The notes below the pieces were generated by a model. It searched no databases and was not told the origin of the DNA. It saw only the letters and a program-made list of their open reading frames with translations. The position numbers were made by a program, and so were the translations under genes. From Diplonema japonicum (taxonomy: Eukaryota; Protista; Euglenozoa: Diplonemea), in the NCBI GenBank assembly GCA_964019335.1, contig OZ025672.1:310001-374000 (forward strand): a stretch of 64,000 nt of DNA, in the 5' to 3' direction. Each line of letters begins with the position of its first letter. The first letter of the stretch is position 1. Positions 1 through 9,461 of the stretch are shown in pieces.

Positions 1-998
1 GAGTATTTCACAGGGTCGCGTGCTCCGCCACCTCGTCGCAGCCACCAGTCGCACTGCTCAGCATCGGTGTCCCACCGTGTCTCCACACAGCGTTCCGACT
101 TCCAGTTCGACGTCACTCCTTCCGACTGCGGCCACAGATCGTTCGTCTCCTTCCACTCTGTGGTGTTCACAGGCCAGTGAACCCACCCGATGTGCTCCTC
201 CTTCGCGCAGTGCTTTGTGTTGTACATGATTTTCATATGACGGCATTCAAGGCAATAATTGAAGGTGGAACGTTTGCAAAGAGAGTTTATACGGTGGTTG
301 GAGTACTTTCCTGCGGTGAGATGCGCGCAGGCCCCGCCGGAGGACAAGAAGTTCTCGGTCATCAAGCCTGCTGGGTGGTAGTTGAAGTCGTTGGTGCCGA
401 ACCGCTCCCAGCGCATGGTGACGTGGGATTGAAAAGGGTTGCAAGTTGTGCGGACGTACTCGGAGAGGCTACATCCGTTATGTGGGAAGATGAACTCATC
501 TGTGTCGGCAAAAATGAGCCAATCGACTTTGTTCGCGACGTGCCTTGCGCAGAACTTCGGTGCTATGCAGTTGTGCTTCCAATTCTTAACAGACCTGTCC
601 ATTGCACAGCCCGCATCGTGATCGGGGACCTTTTCTTCGATTATCGTTAAAAAACCCATCTCGCTGTAATACCGTAGAATAGCACCGGTACCGTCCCTTG
701 TCTCGTCGGTGTTGTCATTTACAAGCCATAGGTGGTCGATTCCTGCTATGATCTGAAGTTCGATCCACTCGCGGAGCCAAGCACCGCTGCCTCTTGTCTG
801 ACCGCAAACACCAACGTGCCATTCCCCTTCTTGTTTAAACCCTGTTTTTTTGCTTTTCGTTGCTGCTGGTGGTATATTGCTTGGTAGTGAACTAAGCTCT
901 TCTTGTTCCACCGTTTTATTCTCCGCGAAGCTCATCATCAAGCAGATGCCCATTACACTGCACACCACCACTATAAGTCCGAACTTATTTTGACGCAT
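1..998 (-). CDS. Glycosyltransferase family 92 / GT-A fold type II membrane protein (3' end runs off the window)
   Basis: Not in the ORF track. Hand translation from ATG at 998 gives MRQNKFGLIVVVCSVMGICLMMSF (signal anchor) ... WLREWIELQIIAGIDHLWLVNDN ... DWLIFADTDEFIFP, typical GT92/GT2-like motifs including the DxD. Confidence 0.8.
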   Translation of the reverse strand, partial: MRQNKFGLIVVVCSVMGICLMMSFAENKTVEQEELSSLPSNIPPAATKSKKTGFKQEGEWHVGVCGQTRGSGAWLREWIELQIIAGIDHLWLVNDNTDETRDGTGAILRYYSEMGFLTIIEEKVPDHDAGCAMDRSVKNWKHNCIAPKFCARHVANKVDWLIFADTDEFIFPHNGCSLSEYVRTTCNPFQSHVTMRWERFGTNDFNYHPAGLMTENFLSSGGACAHLTAGKYSNHRINSLCKRSTFNYCLECRHMKIMYNTKHCAKEEHIGWVHWPVNTTEWKETNDLWPQSEGVTSNWKSERCVETRWDTDAEQCDWWLRRGGGARDPVKY

Positions 999-1730
999 TT
1001 TGTTGTACAAATAAGGGGGAAAGAAGCCAAACGTTGGTGGAATCCCACTTAGGCCTCTGAAAAAAAATAGAAAAGAAAAAAAAGGAAGTAAAAAAAAAAA
1101 AAACCCCACCGAGTTGTTGTTTTTGACGCTCCCCTCCCCTTCCTGCTTTGGTTTTAAAAAAAAAAGGGAAAATTTGAGAGGGGGGGAAAAAGGAGGAGTG
1201 AATAAAAGACGTGAGAACTGAAACTTCTTCCCGATCCCCCCCTAAAAGGGGGGAATATAAAAAAAGAAAAGAAAGGTTTCGGTAAAATACTGGAGGATTA
1301 AAAAAAAAAAATAAGATTATCGATTGTTATACCTGTTCTTTCGGCCATCTACAAGAAAAATACAACAGGCTGCGGCCAACAGCATGGCACCATCCACGCT
1401 CTAATAATACAACCGCCTTTTCTTGTTTTTTTTTTTTTACAAGCACGAGATGTAGAGGACGTGAAAGGTAATACAGATTAATACACATCAGTCACACGAT
1501 AGACAGCTCAGGTCAGATATGAACAATCAGAGAGAAAAGAAAAGCCTTTTGATTGAGGAGAAAGAAAAAGGGGGTGAGGGGAGACGGAAAATTCGTTCGA
1601 TATTCTTTTTTTTCCTTTTTTTTTTTTCATTTTAATACGTTGGACGCCCTTCCTGCCATGCGGTGCTGCTCACCTAGGTAGGGTGAAACGGCAATCACGA
1701 GACAGGCGGGGGCGTAGAATGACAACATGC

Positions 1731-3335
1731 TTACTGCTTGTTGTCGTGGACCCATTTGAAGAGGTTAAGCTCCTTCTTGGTGAGGAGGCCGTCCTCCCAC
1801 TGGAGGCCGTCGGCGTTCCTGTTGAAGTAGTTGAGGAGGTCGTTCATCTTCTTGGACCAGGCGACCTCGCCGTGGGTGGCACGGTACTCCCTGATCTGCT
1901 GGTCAATGGGGACGTCGGACTCCTCGAAGCCGAGCATCTTGGTGAAGTGGTCGTGGGTCCTGCAGAGGGGCGGGGTGCACGCTGCGGGAGTCTCCTTCGG
2001 GGCCATGGTGGCGTTGAAGGGCCCGTGCTGGTTCTGCACGATCCATGTGTCGTCGATGACATGCCCGTAGTTGTCCTCACGGAAGTCGGTGGGATCCGTC
2101 TGCACCTGCTGCCAGTGGATGTGCGATGCGTTGTACACGTTCAACCTGGTGTACCCGAAGCTGTTCGAACGGAACGCGCTCCACTTCGGCTGCGGTTCCA
2201 AGAACGGCGTGTGCATCTCCTTGCTCCCGGCTGCTCCCGTCACCACGTAGATCGTCGCCTTCGGGTTCAGGTTCGACTGGTCCGTCTTGTCCTTGTACGT
2301 AGGCCACGACCTCTCGTAGTTGTGCGTGTGCCCGTTCATCGAGATGTCGACACCGTACTCGAAGAAGATCTCCTCCAGCGACTCCCTCACCTCCCTGTCG
2401 GGCGCCGTCGAAGAGTACAGCGGACGGTGGTCGTTGATGAGGATCCACGGGTAGTTCGCACGGTTCGTGTTCGCCTCCTTCAGGTCAGCCACCAGCCACT
2501 TCAGGAAGGCCTCCTTGTTCACCTCCTTCGTGTGCACTCCGTGCCACATCTCAGACGAGAACGAGATGTAGTGCACCAGCCCGAAGTTCCACGAGAAGTA
2601 CATCGTGTTGACCGTCTCCCCGTTCTCTGTTGTGATGGTGGGGGGCACCGCGTTCGACGGCTGGTTCCTCCACGACTCGATGTAGTGCGCGAGGTTCTTC
2701 GCGTCGTCCTCGTGGTTCCCGTGCGACACCATGTACGGCACCCTAGCAGCGATCTGTTCGATGTTCTCGAAGAAGTGGTCCCCCGTGGTGCCGTCCTTGT
2801 CCGCCATGTCGTACGCGAAGTCTCCGCAGTGCAGGATCATGTCTGCCTCCTCCACCTCGCTCACAAGGCCCACAGTCGTGTTTGACGCGCACGTCTTTGC
2901 GTCACACACCTCCGACCCCTCCGTGCACCCCTTGCAGATGGTGAAGGCCGCCGACGACCCCATGTCCCCGTAGAGGATATGCCTGTACGGGGACCTGTTC
3001 TGCCTCCTGTTTGCAACCTTGAACACGTCGCTGAACCCGCTCACCTGATCCCCCACCTTGTAGTAGTAGGTCTGCCCCAGGGCCAGCCCGCTCATGTTTG
3101 CGGTCCTCGTGTACCACGTCCTCCCCTTGTCCACCTTGAACTCCCTCACGTCCCCGTAGTTGTGCGACGTCAGCGCAGACGCGCTCGTCCCGTACATCAC
3201 CTCCGACTTTGCGCCGTTCCCCGTCGACGCCCACTGCACCACGAGGGTGTGCTCGTCCTTCCCCAGCGCAATGTGTACCTGACCTCCCATCGCCAGGCTG
3301 CTTGCCATCAGCAGCACACCAACTACACGCATCAT
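1731..3335 (-). CDS. Secreted purple acid phosphatase (ACP7-like metallophosphoesterase)
   Basis: All five PAP motifs are present: GDMG, GDFAY, GNHE, INDHRP, GHTHNYER. FN3-like N-domain (QVHIAL...TYYYKVG). The likely start is MMRVVGVLLMASSLAMG (signal peptide) at 3335, after a candidate acceptor; the ORF extension to 3608 is upstream spacer/UTR. Confidence 0.92.
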   Translation of the reverse strand: MMRVVGVLLMASSLAMGGQVHIALGKDEHTLVVQWASTGNGAKSEVMYGTSASALTSHNYGDVREFKVDKGRTWYTRTANMSGLALGQTYYYKVGDQVSGFSDVFKVANRRQNRSPYRHILYGDMGSSAAFTICKGCTEGSEVCDAKTCASNTTVGLVSEVEEADMILHCGDFAYDMADKDGTTGDHFFENIEQIAARVPYMVSHGNHEDDAKNLAHYIESWRNQPSNAVPPTITTENGETVNTMYFSWNFGLVHYISFSSEMWHGVHTKEVNKEAFLKWLVADLKEANTNRANYPWILINDHRPLYSSTAPDREVRESLEEIFFEYGVDISMNGHTHNYERSWPTYKDKTDQSNLNPKATIYVVTGAAGSKEMHTPFLEPQPKWSAFRSNSFGYTRLNVYNASHIHWQQVQTDPTDFREDNYGHVIDDTWIVQNQHGPFNATMAPKETPAACTPPLCRTHDHFTKMLGFEESDVPIDQQIREYRATHGEVAWSKKMNDLLNYFNRNADGLQWEDGLLTKKELNLFKWVHDNKQ

Positions 3336-3482
3336 GTTGTTATTCCTGATTAAAAGTACACATTTGGCGTGGCATAAGGTGGGTAAAGGGTAAAAGATAG
3401 TTCGGAGTGAAAGAGCTCGCAAACAACGTCTACAGGTGCGCTGCACTTGTGACTGCGAGGACAGAGAAAATAGAGAGTTGGA

Positions 3483-4313
3483 GGTTAAGAAAGATAGGAA
3501 GAGAGGCCGCCGTATGCAGAGAGAGAATTCGTCTTCTCTGACGACGTGTGCGTAGGTTGGTTTGTTTCTTTTCATGGTTGCACATGTTTTTCTTGTTTCT
3601 TTGTTCATTTCGTATCAAGTTAGAATTGCCGATTAAAATAATTTACTTCAAAAGCTTCTTCTGGAACTTCCCGAGGGCAAGGGCGCTGTCGGAAATGAAG
3701 GAGCTGATGAGCTTCTCAGGGATGTTCCCCTTGGGGTCCATCCCACCGATGGACCAGATGGCGATCTTGTCCCCGTCCAGCTTCTGCAGGATGAAGCCCT
3801 CAATGAAGATATCTGCAAGAACATTATCCTTCTTCACCTGCTTCGCCCCAGGGACTGAACGCATTGCGTAGACGAAGGTCTTGTCGTCTGCGAAGGCAAA
3901 TGACCTGTGCACTGTGGCCTCCCTGTCCGACAGGGGCCAAGGGAGACCGTCCACCCTGTACACCACAGCACAGTCCTCACCCTCCTTCTCCAGCACCTTC
4001 ATCGTCATGTCACCCCCCATCATCTTCATCATCTTGGCATCGGTCGTGACCGACTTCACCATCTCCACCGCCTTGTCCCAGTCACCCTTCATCGTCCCCA
4101 TCACCCTGTACACCCCCCACTCGGATCCAGGCCACTCACGGCGTTCAACAACTACCTTCGGCTCCACCAGCTCGCTCACCTTCACTGAGCACACCTTCTT
4201 GTAAGCCCCGCCTGTCGTCTCCTTCAGGAGGGCTGACCTGATCTCTTCGTGGTGCGACATTTTTACTTTTTGAGAAGTTGGGAGAGTGAGGGTATAGTAA
4301 CCTGTACTGGGTT
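3483..4313. repeat. 831-bp direct repeat, copy A (pairs with 12709..13539)
   Basis: Constant offset of 9226; no differences seen by eye; covers the START CDS, its 5' leader and ~160 nt of 3' flank. Confidence 0.9.
3643..4260 (-). CDS. START-domain lipid-binding protein, copy 1
   Basis: LPWPLSDRE and DPKGNIP START signatures; start MSHHEE is shared with the paralogues; 205 aa. Confidence 0.85.
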   Translation of the reverse strand: MSHHEEIRSALLKETTGGAYKKVCSVKVSELVEPKVVVERREWPGSEWGVYRVMGTMKGDWDKAVEMVKSVTTDAKMMKMMGGDMTMKVLEKEGEDCAVVYRVDGLPWPLSDREATVHRSFAFADDKTFVYAMRSVPGAKQVKKDNVLADIFIEGFILQKLDGDKIAIWSIGGMDPKGNIPEKLISSFISDSALALGKFQKKLLK

Positions 4314-4710
4314 TAAAGCACTTTTCGTAGAAAACACAAAAAAAGGTCAGTCGCTTAGACAGAAAGAGGGAGGAATGCCCGCACATGGAAAAAATTGTGC
4401 GGGAGAAGAACGGAGGCTCAGAGTCTGCACGGACTCATGATCCGTGCGATTTCGAGAAGGCATGCAATTAAAAACCCACAACACGCCTCGAGGAGATGGT
4501 GCCACACCGTGGCGGTCTTCCTCGAGTAGTGAGCGGGTGCTGCATTGTGCTAGGTGCATGTTCTATGAAGACAGCAGTTTGCGTAGTTAGAACGTTTTTT
4601 TTTTTTTTTCTTTTTGGGTAGTAAAGAGAGCCGAGGCTTTTGGATGAGAAGCCAATGTTCTTCTTCACACCACGTACAAAGTTAGGGCATCAAATCAAAA
4701 TTGCTCTTTC

Positions 4711-5325
4711 TTACTTACGAAGCTTCTTCTGGAACTTCCCAAGAGCATGCGCCATATCGGAAACAAGGTTGTTCACAAGCATTTCAGGGATGTTCCCCTT
4801 GGGGTCCATCCCACCGATGGACCAGATGGCGATCTTGTCCCCGTCCAGCTTCTGCAGGATGAGGCCGTCGATGAAGACCTCTGCGAACACGTTGTCCTTG
4901 TTCACTGGCTTCTTCCCGGGGATGGATCTTGTGGCGTACACGAAGGTCTTGTCGTCCACGAAGCCAGCCGAGGCGTGGGTGATGGCCTCCCTGTCCGACA
5001 GGGGCCACGGGAGGTCGTTCACCCTGTACTGGATCACTCCTTCCCCTTCGTCTTCAAGTGCCTTCACGGACTTCACTGGGTACATCAGTTTGTTGATCTT
5101 CAGCTCGCTCGGCATCGTCTTCACCATCTCCACCGCCTTGTCCCAGTCACCCTTCATCGTCCCTGTCACCCTGTACACACCCCACACAGATCCAGGCCAG
5201 TCGCGGCGTTCGATTACAACCTTCGGCTCCACCAGCTCGCTCACCTTCACTGACGAGTGTTTCTTGTAAGTCCCGTCTGTCGTCTCCTTCAGGAGGGCTG
5301 ACCTGATCTCTGCGTGGTGCGACAT
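4711..5325 (-). CDS. START-domain protein, copy 2
   Basis: Paralogue of copy 1 (LPWPLSDRE, DPKGNIP); start MSHHAE. Confidence 0.85.
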   Translation of the reverse strand: MSHHAEIRSALLKETTDGTYKKHSSVKVSELVEPKVVIERRDWPGSVWGVYRVTGTMKGDWDKAVEMVKTMPSELKINKLMYPVKSVKALEDEGEGVIQYRVNDLPWPLSDREAITHASAGFVDDKTFVYATRSIPGKKPVNKDNVFAEVFIDGLILQKLDGDKIAIWSIGGMDPKGNIPEMLVNNLVSDMAHALGKFQKKLRK

Positions 5326-5964
5326 TTTTATTTTCTTTTCAAAAATCAACCTTTAATGGAGTGGGCGTGGATGCATCAGGAGGAAACCAAAATGAAACGG
5401 TGATACCAAAGCATAACCATGGCAGGGTCTCAATGAGACAATGCTAAAAAAGAAGAAAAAGAAGAAGAAAAAAAGGGAGAACGAGCTATTGCTCAATTCC
5501 ACACTGTAAAAAAAAAAAAAAAAGAAGAAAAGAAAGTAGGGGGGTAGGGGGGGAAGCAAGAAGCTTTCATGTGAAGGTGAGTGCGGAGCTAAAACCTCTC
5601 AGCCGTCTACCTTGCAGGCCTCATGGTGGTAAGATCGAGATAGAAAGGAGGAAGGAAGGAAGACACAGGGAAACACAGTTTCCACCGTGCTGACAAGAAT
5701 GAAAAGGAAAAAGAGGAAAGTCCCTACTAAAAAAAGGAGGAAAGAATACTGTGTGTGAATTGAAGTTCTCTTTGTGAGAGCGCCCTCCTGGTCTCAATAA
5801 AAGCGACCTTCCTGTCTGTTGGGCTAGAACAAAACAGGGCTACAAACAAAAAACAAAAAACAAAAAAAAAAAAAAAAAAAACAAAACAAAAAAAGGCAGA
5901 GGAAAGGAATACGATAACAGATCGCTGCGTTAGTTAGTAGACGATACGAAGCAGTTCGGTTGGC

Positions 5965-6582
5965 TTACTTCTTGAGAAGGTGCTTCTGGAACTTCCCGAG
6001 TGCAAGGGCGTGGTCGGAGATGAACCCGCTCATAACCATGGCTGGGATGTTCCCCTTAGGGTCGATTCCCTTAACTGAGCAGAGTGAGATCTTGTCGCCG
6101 TCAAGCTTCTTGAGAACATAGCCCAAGATGAAGACCTCACAAAGGACATTGTCCTTGTTCACTTGCTTGGCACCAGGTACGGAGCGGACGGCGTAGACGA
6201 AGGTCTTGTCATCCACGAGTTCGGTGGACACGTGTGCCAATGCTTCCCTGTCCGACAGGGGCCACGGGGCAGAGTTCACTTTGTAGTTGATGATACCGTC
6301 CTCTTCCTTCTCCATCGTTTTCATGGACTTCACAGGAGACATCAAGCTGTTAAGCTTGAAGTCGCTGACCATTGCTTTAAGCATCCCCACCGCCTTGTCC
6401 CAGTCTCCTTTCATCACGCCCGTTGCCCTGTACACCCCCCACTCGGATCCAGGCCACTCACGGCGTTCAATTACAACCTTCGGCTCCACCAGCTCGCTCA
6501 CCTTCACTGACGAGTGTTTCTTGTAAGTCCCGTCTGTCGTCTCCTTCAGGAGGGCTGACCTGATCTCTGCGTGGTGCGACAT
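5965..6582 (-). CDS. START-domain protein, copy 3
   Basis: Paralogue (APWPLSDRE, DPKGNIP); start MSHHAE at 6582. Confidence 0.85.
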   Translation of the reverse strand: MSHHAEIRSALLKETTDGTYKKHSSVKVSELVEPKVVIERREWPGSEWGVYRATGVMKGDWDKAVGMLKAMVSDFKLNSLMSPVKSMKTMEKEEDGIINYKVNSAPWPLSDREALAHVSTELVDDKTFVYAVRSVPGAKQVNKDNVLCEVFILGYVLKKLDGDKISLCSVKGIDPKGNIPAMVMSGFISDHALALGKFQKHLLKK

Positions 6583-7560
6583 TTTAGAGAGGAGGGAAAG
6601 GAACAGAAACAACCTGTGAGGTATATGTGGTACAGACAGACGGATCCCGGCATGGTTTAAAAGAACAAATGCTGGTGGTTTTAAGTGAACCAGGCCTGCA
6701 GGAAGAAGCGCGAGGGACATGTACCATCCCTAACCTAATGAACGAGAACGGAGGATAAGGCTACGCGACGCGCCAAGGTGGTCTACGGGAAGAATAAAAA
6801 AAAAAAAGAAAGAAATAAAATAAAAAACAGAGAAAAAAGAAAAGGGAAAGGAATCGATTGAAAGGCTACGCGCCAGACGCGTGCAAACCAAAGAAATGAA
6901 AGGAGTGGCTCATAGCAAAGACGTTCTGCTGGAAGGTAAAGCAAGCAAGTGGGCACAGCCCTTTTCTTGCACATATCTCCCGGGCAAGGAAAGAAAATAC
7001 GAACAGCACAGATGGATGCGAATAGTCTACACACCCATTAGGATGAGGAGGAAGTGCAAGATTTGCTGACCCCCTCCACATAGGTATGGTATGGCTCACG
7101 AGAGGAGAAAAAAGAAGGAGAGAAGGATTTTTTTTTTTTGACATGCAAAAACCATGCAAAGCCAAGAGAATTGAAAAAAAAAAAAAAAAAAAAAGATTAT
7201 CTGCAAAAAAAAAAAAAGTGATTTTTTTTTTTTGCGAATCGGGAAACAAAAAAAAAAAAAAAAAAGAAAGAAAGGCGGAGCAGGGAAGGGGGAGAGAAAC
7301 AAAATATCACTAAAAATTCAGTGCGCAAGGAAAGGTTTGCACAAATGGAACAAGCGCTTTTTTCTTCTTTTTTTTTTTGTTAACTTCAGTGAACAAAAAG
7401 ATAAGACCCCATTTTCCCCGTAAAATCTGATTTCACATTGCGGTGGCAGGAGTTTTTTAAAACCACAGCCTGCAACGGTGTTACCATGACATACGATTTT
7501 GTATACAAAAAGAGGAAAGAAAACAAAACCAAAAAAAGTGTGTTGCAACAACTTCTCCCT

Positions 7561-8184
7561 CTACTGTTTGAGTAGTTGCTTCTGGAACTTCCCGAGTGCA
7601 AGGGCGTGGTCGGAGATGAACCCGCTCACGATCATCTCAGGGATGCTCCCCTTAGGGTCGACACCCTTAACAGAGCAGAGTGAGATCTTGCCCCCGTCAA
7701 GCTTCTTAAGGATCAAGCCGCTGATGAAAATATCGCAGAGTACGTGCCCCTTGTCGACTGGCTTGGCCCCGTGGATGGAGCGTGATGCCATAGCGAAGGT
7801 TTTGTCGTCCACGAAGTCAGCAGAAGCGTGGCAGACTGCCTCCCTGTCTGACAGGGGCCACGGGAGGGCGTCTGTCCTGTACTGGACAATGCCTCCGTCC
7901 TCTTGTTCAACTGCTTTTACGGATTTTATCGGAGACATGACCTTGAGAAGCTTCAAGTCACTGACCATGGCCTTCACCATCCCCACCGCCTTGTCCCAGT
8001 CTCCCTTCATCACCCCTGTCGCCCTGTACACACCCCACACAGATCCAGGCCACTCACGGCGTTCAATCACCACCATCGGTTCCACCAGCTCGCTCACCTT
8101 CACTGTCGAGTGTTTTTTGTAACTCCCGTCAGACATTGTCACTTCCTTCATGACTGCGGCTCTGACCTCTGCGTGGTGCGACAT
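7561..8184 (-). CDS. START-domain protein, copy 4
   Basis: Paralogue (LPWPLSDRE, DPKGSIP). Confidence 0.85.
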   Translation of the reverse strand: MSHHAEVRAAVMKEVTMSDGSYKKHSTVKVSELVEPMVVIERREWPGSVWGVYRATGVMKGDWDKAVGMVKAMVSDLKLLKVMSPIKSVKAVEQEDGGIVQYRTDALPWPLSDREAVCHASADFVDDKTFAMASRSIHGAKPVDKGHVLCDIFISGLILKKLDGGKISLCSVKGVDPKGSIPEMIVSGFISDHALALGKFQKQLLKQ

Positions 8185-8720
8185 TTTTTTTTTTTTTTTT
8201 TTTTTTTTTGCTTTGCTTTACTTTTTTTTTCCCCCTCTCATCGCGGGAGAGATCTTTTTTATGAAAGAAAAAAAAGAAGAAGAAAATAATTCGATCTTTT
8301 AACGTCAAGGTGACCTGTAAAGGAAAAAAAAGAAGAAGAAAAAAAGACTAGAGATCTTTAAATTACGCGGCTTTCGCGTTAGCCAGCTAGTCTACCTGTG
8401 GGGAAAAGAACAAAAAAAAGACATTTATAAAAAAAAGAGGGGGGGACGATCTATTTTACGGTGTGTCATGTGTGGTTCAAAACAAGCAACCCCACCGAAA
8501 TGGAGATCAGCGTTCCCCCCCTCCCCATTTTCATCTGTCGACGACCTCTTACAGCAGCCTGGTTTGAGGGGAAAGAAAAAAAAAATTCTTTTTTCGCTTA
8601 ACTCTTGCGGCAGAAACAAATTAATTCGATATTTTGAAAAGAGTCAGGCTCCTAGTGTAGTCAACACAGACTTCACTGAAATGACCCCTTGAAAGAAAAT
8701 CCATACACAACAACAGCATA

Positions 8721-8748
8721 GGGAACCTGCAGTATGTGACAGGTTCGC
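8721..8748. repeat. ~28-bp dispersed hairpin repeat A, copy 1
   Basis: GGGAACCTGCAGTATGTGACAGGTTCGC; GAACCTG/CAGGTTC inverted arms. Confidence 0.75.
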
Positions 8749-9281
8749 TAACAGAATACCACTACTGGAGGGGCAGGTGGTTTGTTTTACGATACACTCT
8801 TTTATTTACCGAAAGCCCACTATTACTCTACACTCTACGGGAAACAAGCCATTCCTTCACGTGGGCAAATGGAGAATGGAGGGATAGGGAGTTCGGTGTT
8901 CCTTTCTTTTTTATTTTCATTCTTTTTTAGAGTTCAAGACACACAAAGAGAACAACAAGAAGACAAAAAAATAGGGGGTTAGAACACTATTAACTACAAC
9001 GGTGTCAATAACGAAGGAGGGTGTCAATAATATTTCTTTTTTAGGTACTACTCACGGGCACAATGGCTCGCAGTGTGGGTGACGGAACGGAGGTTTTCCC
9101 TTTTTTTTTTGATATTGTCCTTAGAAAAAAAAAAAAAAAACGACTTCTAAGACGAGAGATAGGTTTCATCAAAAAAAATATTCGTGTAAGGGTGATAAAA
9201 AAATGGGAGAGGGGGGGAGAGAAAAGAAAATGAACGTGTTTTCTAACTTCGTGAAGAAAAACAACGCTCGGACGTTCGGCG

Positions 9282-9305
9282 GAGAGAGAGAGAGAGAGAG
9301 AGAGA
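9282..9305. repeat. (GA)n microsatellite
   Basis: Run of GAGAGA in intergenic DNA. Confidence 0.9.
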
Positions 9306-9377
9306 AGAAAACATAGATAAGCAAGTTAATTCTTTTTTTTAATTGCGCGCGGCCTTCGTTGGTTCTTACGCGAGTAC

Positions 9378-9413
<36 letters not shown>

Positions 9414-9461
9414 AATAAATAAAATATCAAAACGGTTTCATATAAATCACTTCAACCTTTG

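Noticed and set aside
1683-2885. Long plus-strand ORFs (e.g. 1683..2885, 16244..17227, 38566..39771, 61033..61827)
   Set aside because: Antisense shadows of GC3-biased minus-strand genes; no recognisable motifs.
3336-3608. N-terminal ORF extensions in the track (phosphatase, START copies 1-3, CEP290, DNALI1, RING, TTC16)
   Set aside because: They run through UTR or spacer sequence; paralogue starts, signal peptides and homology point to downstream ATGs.
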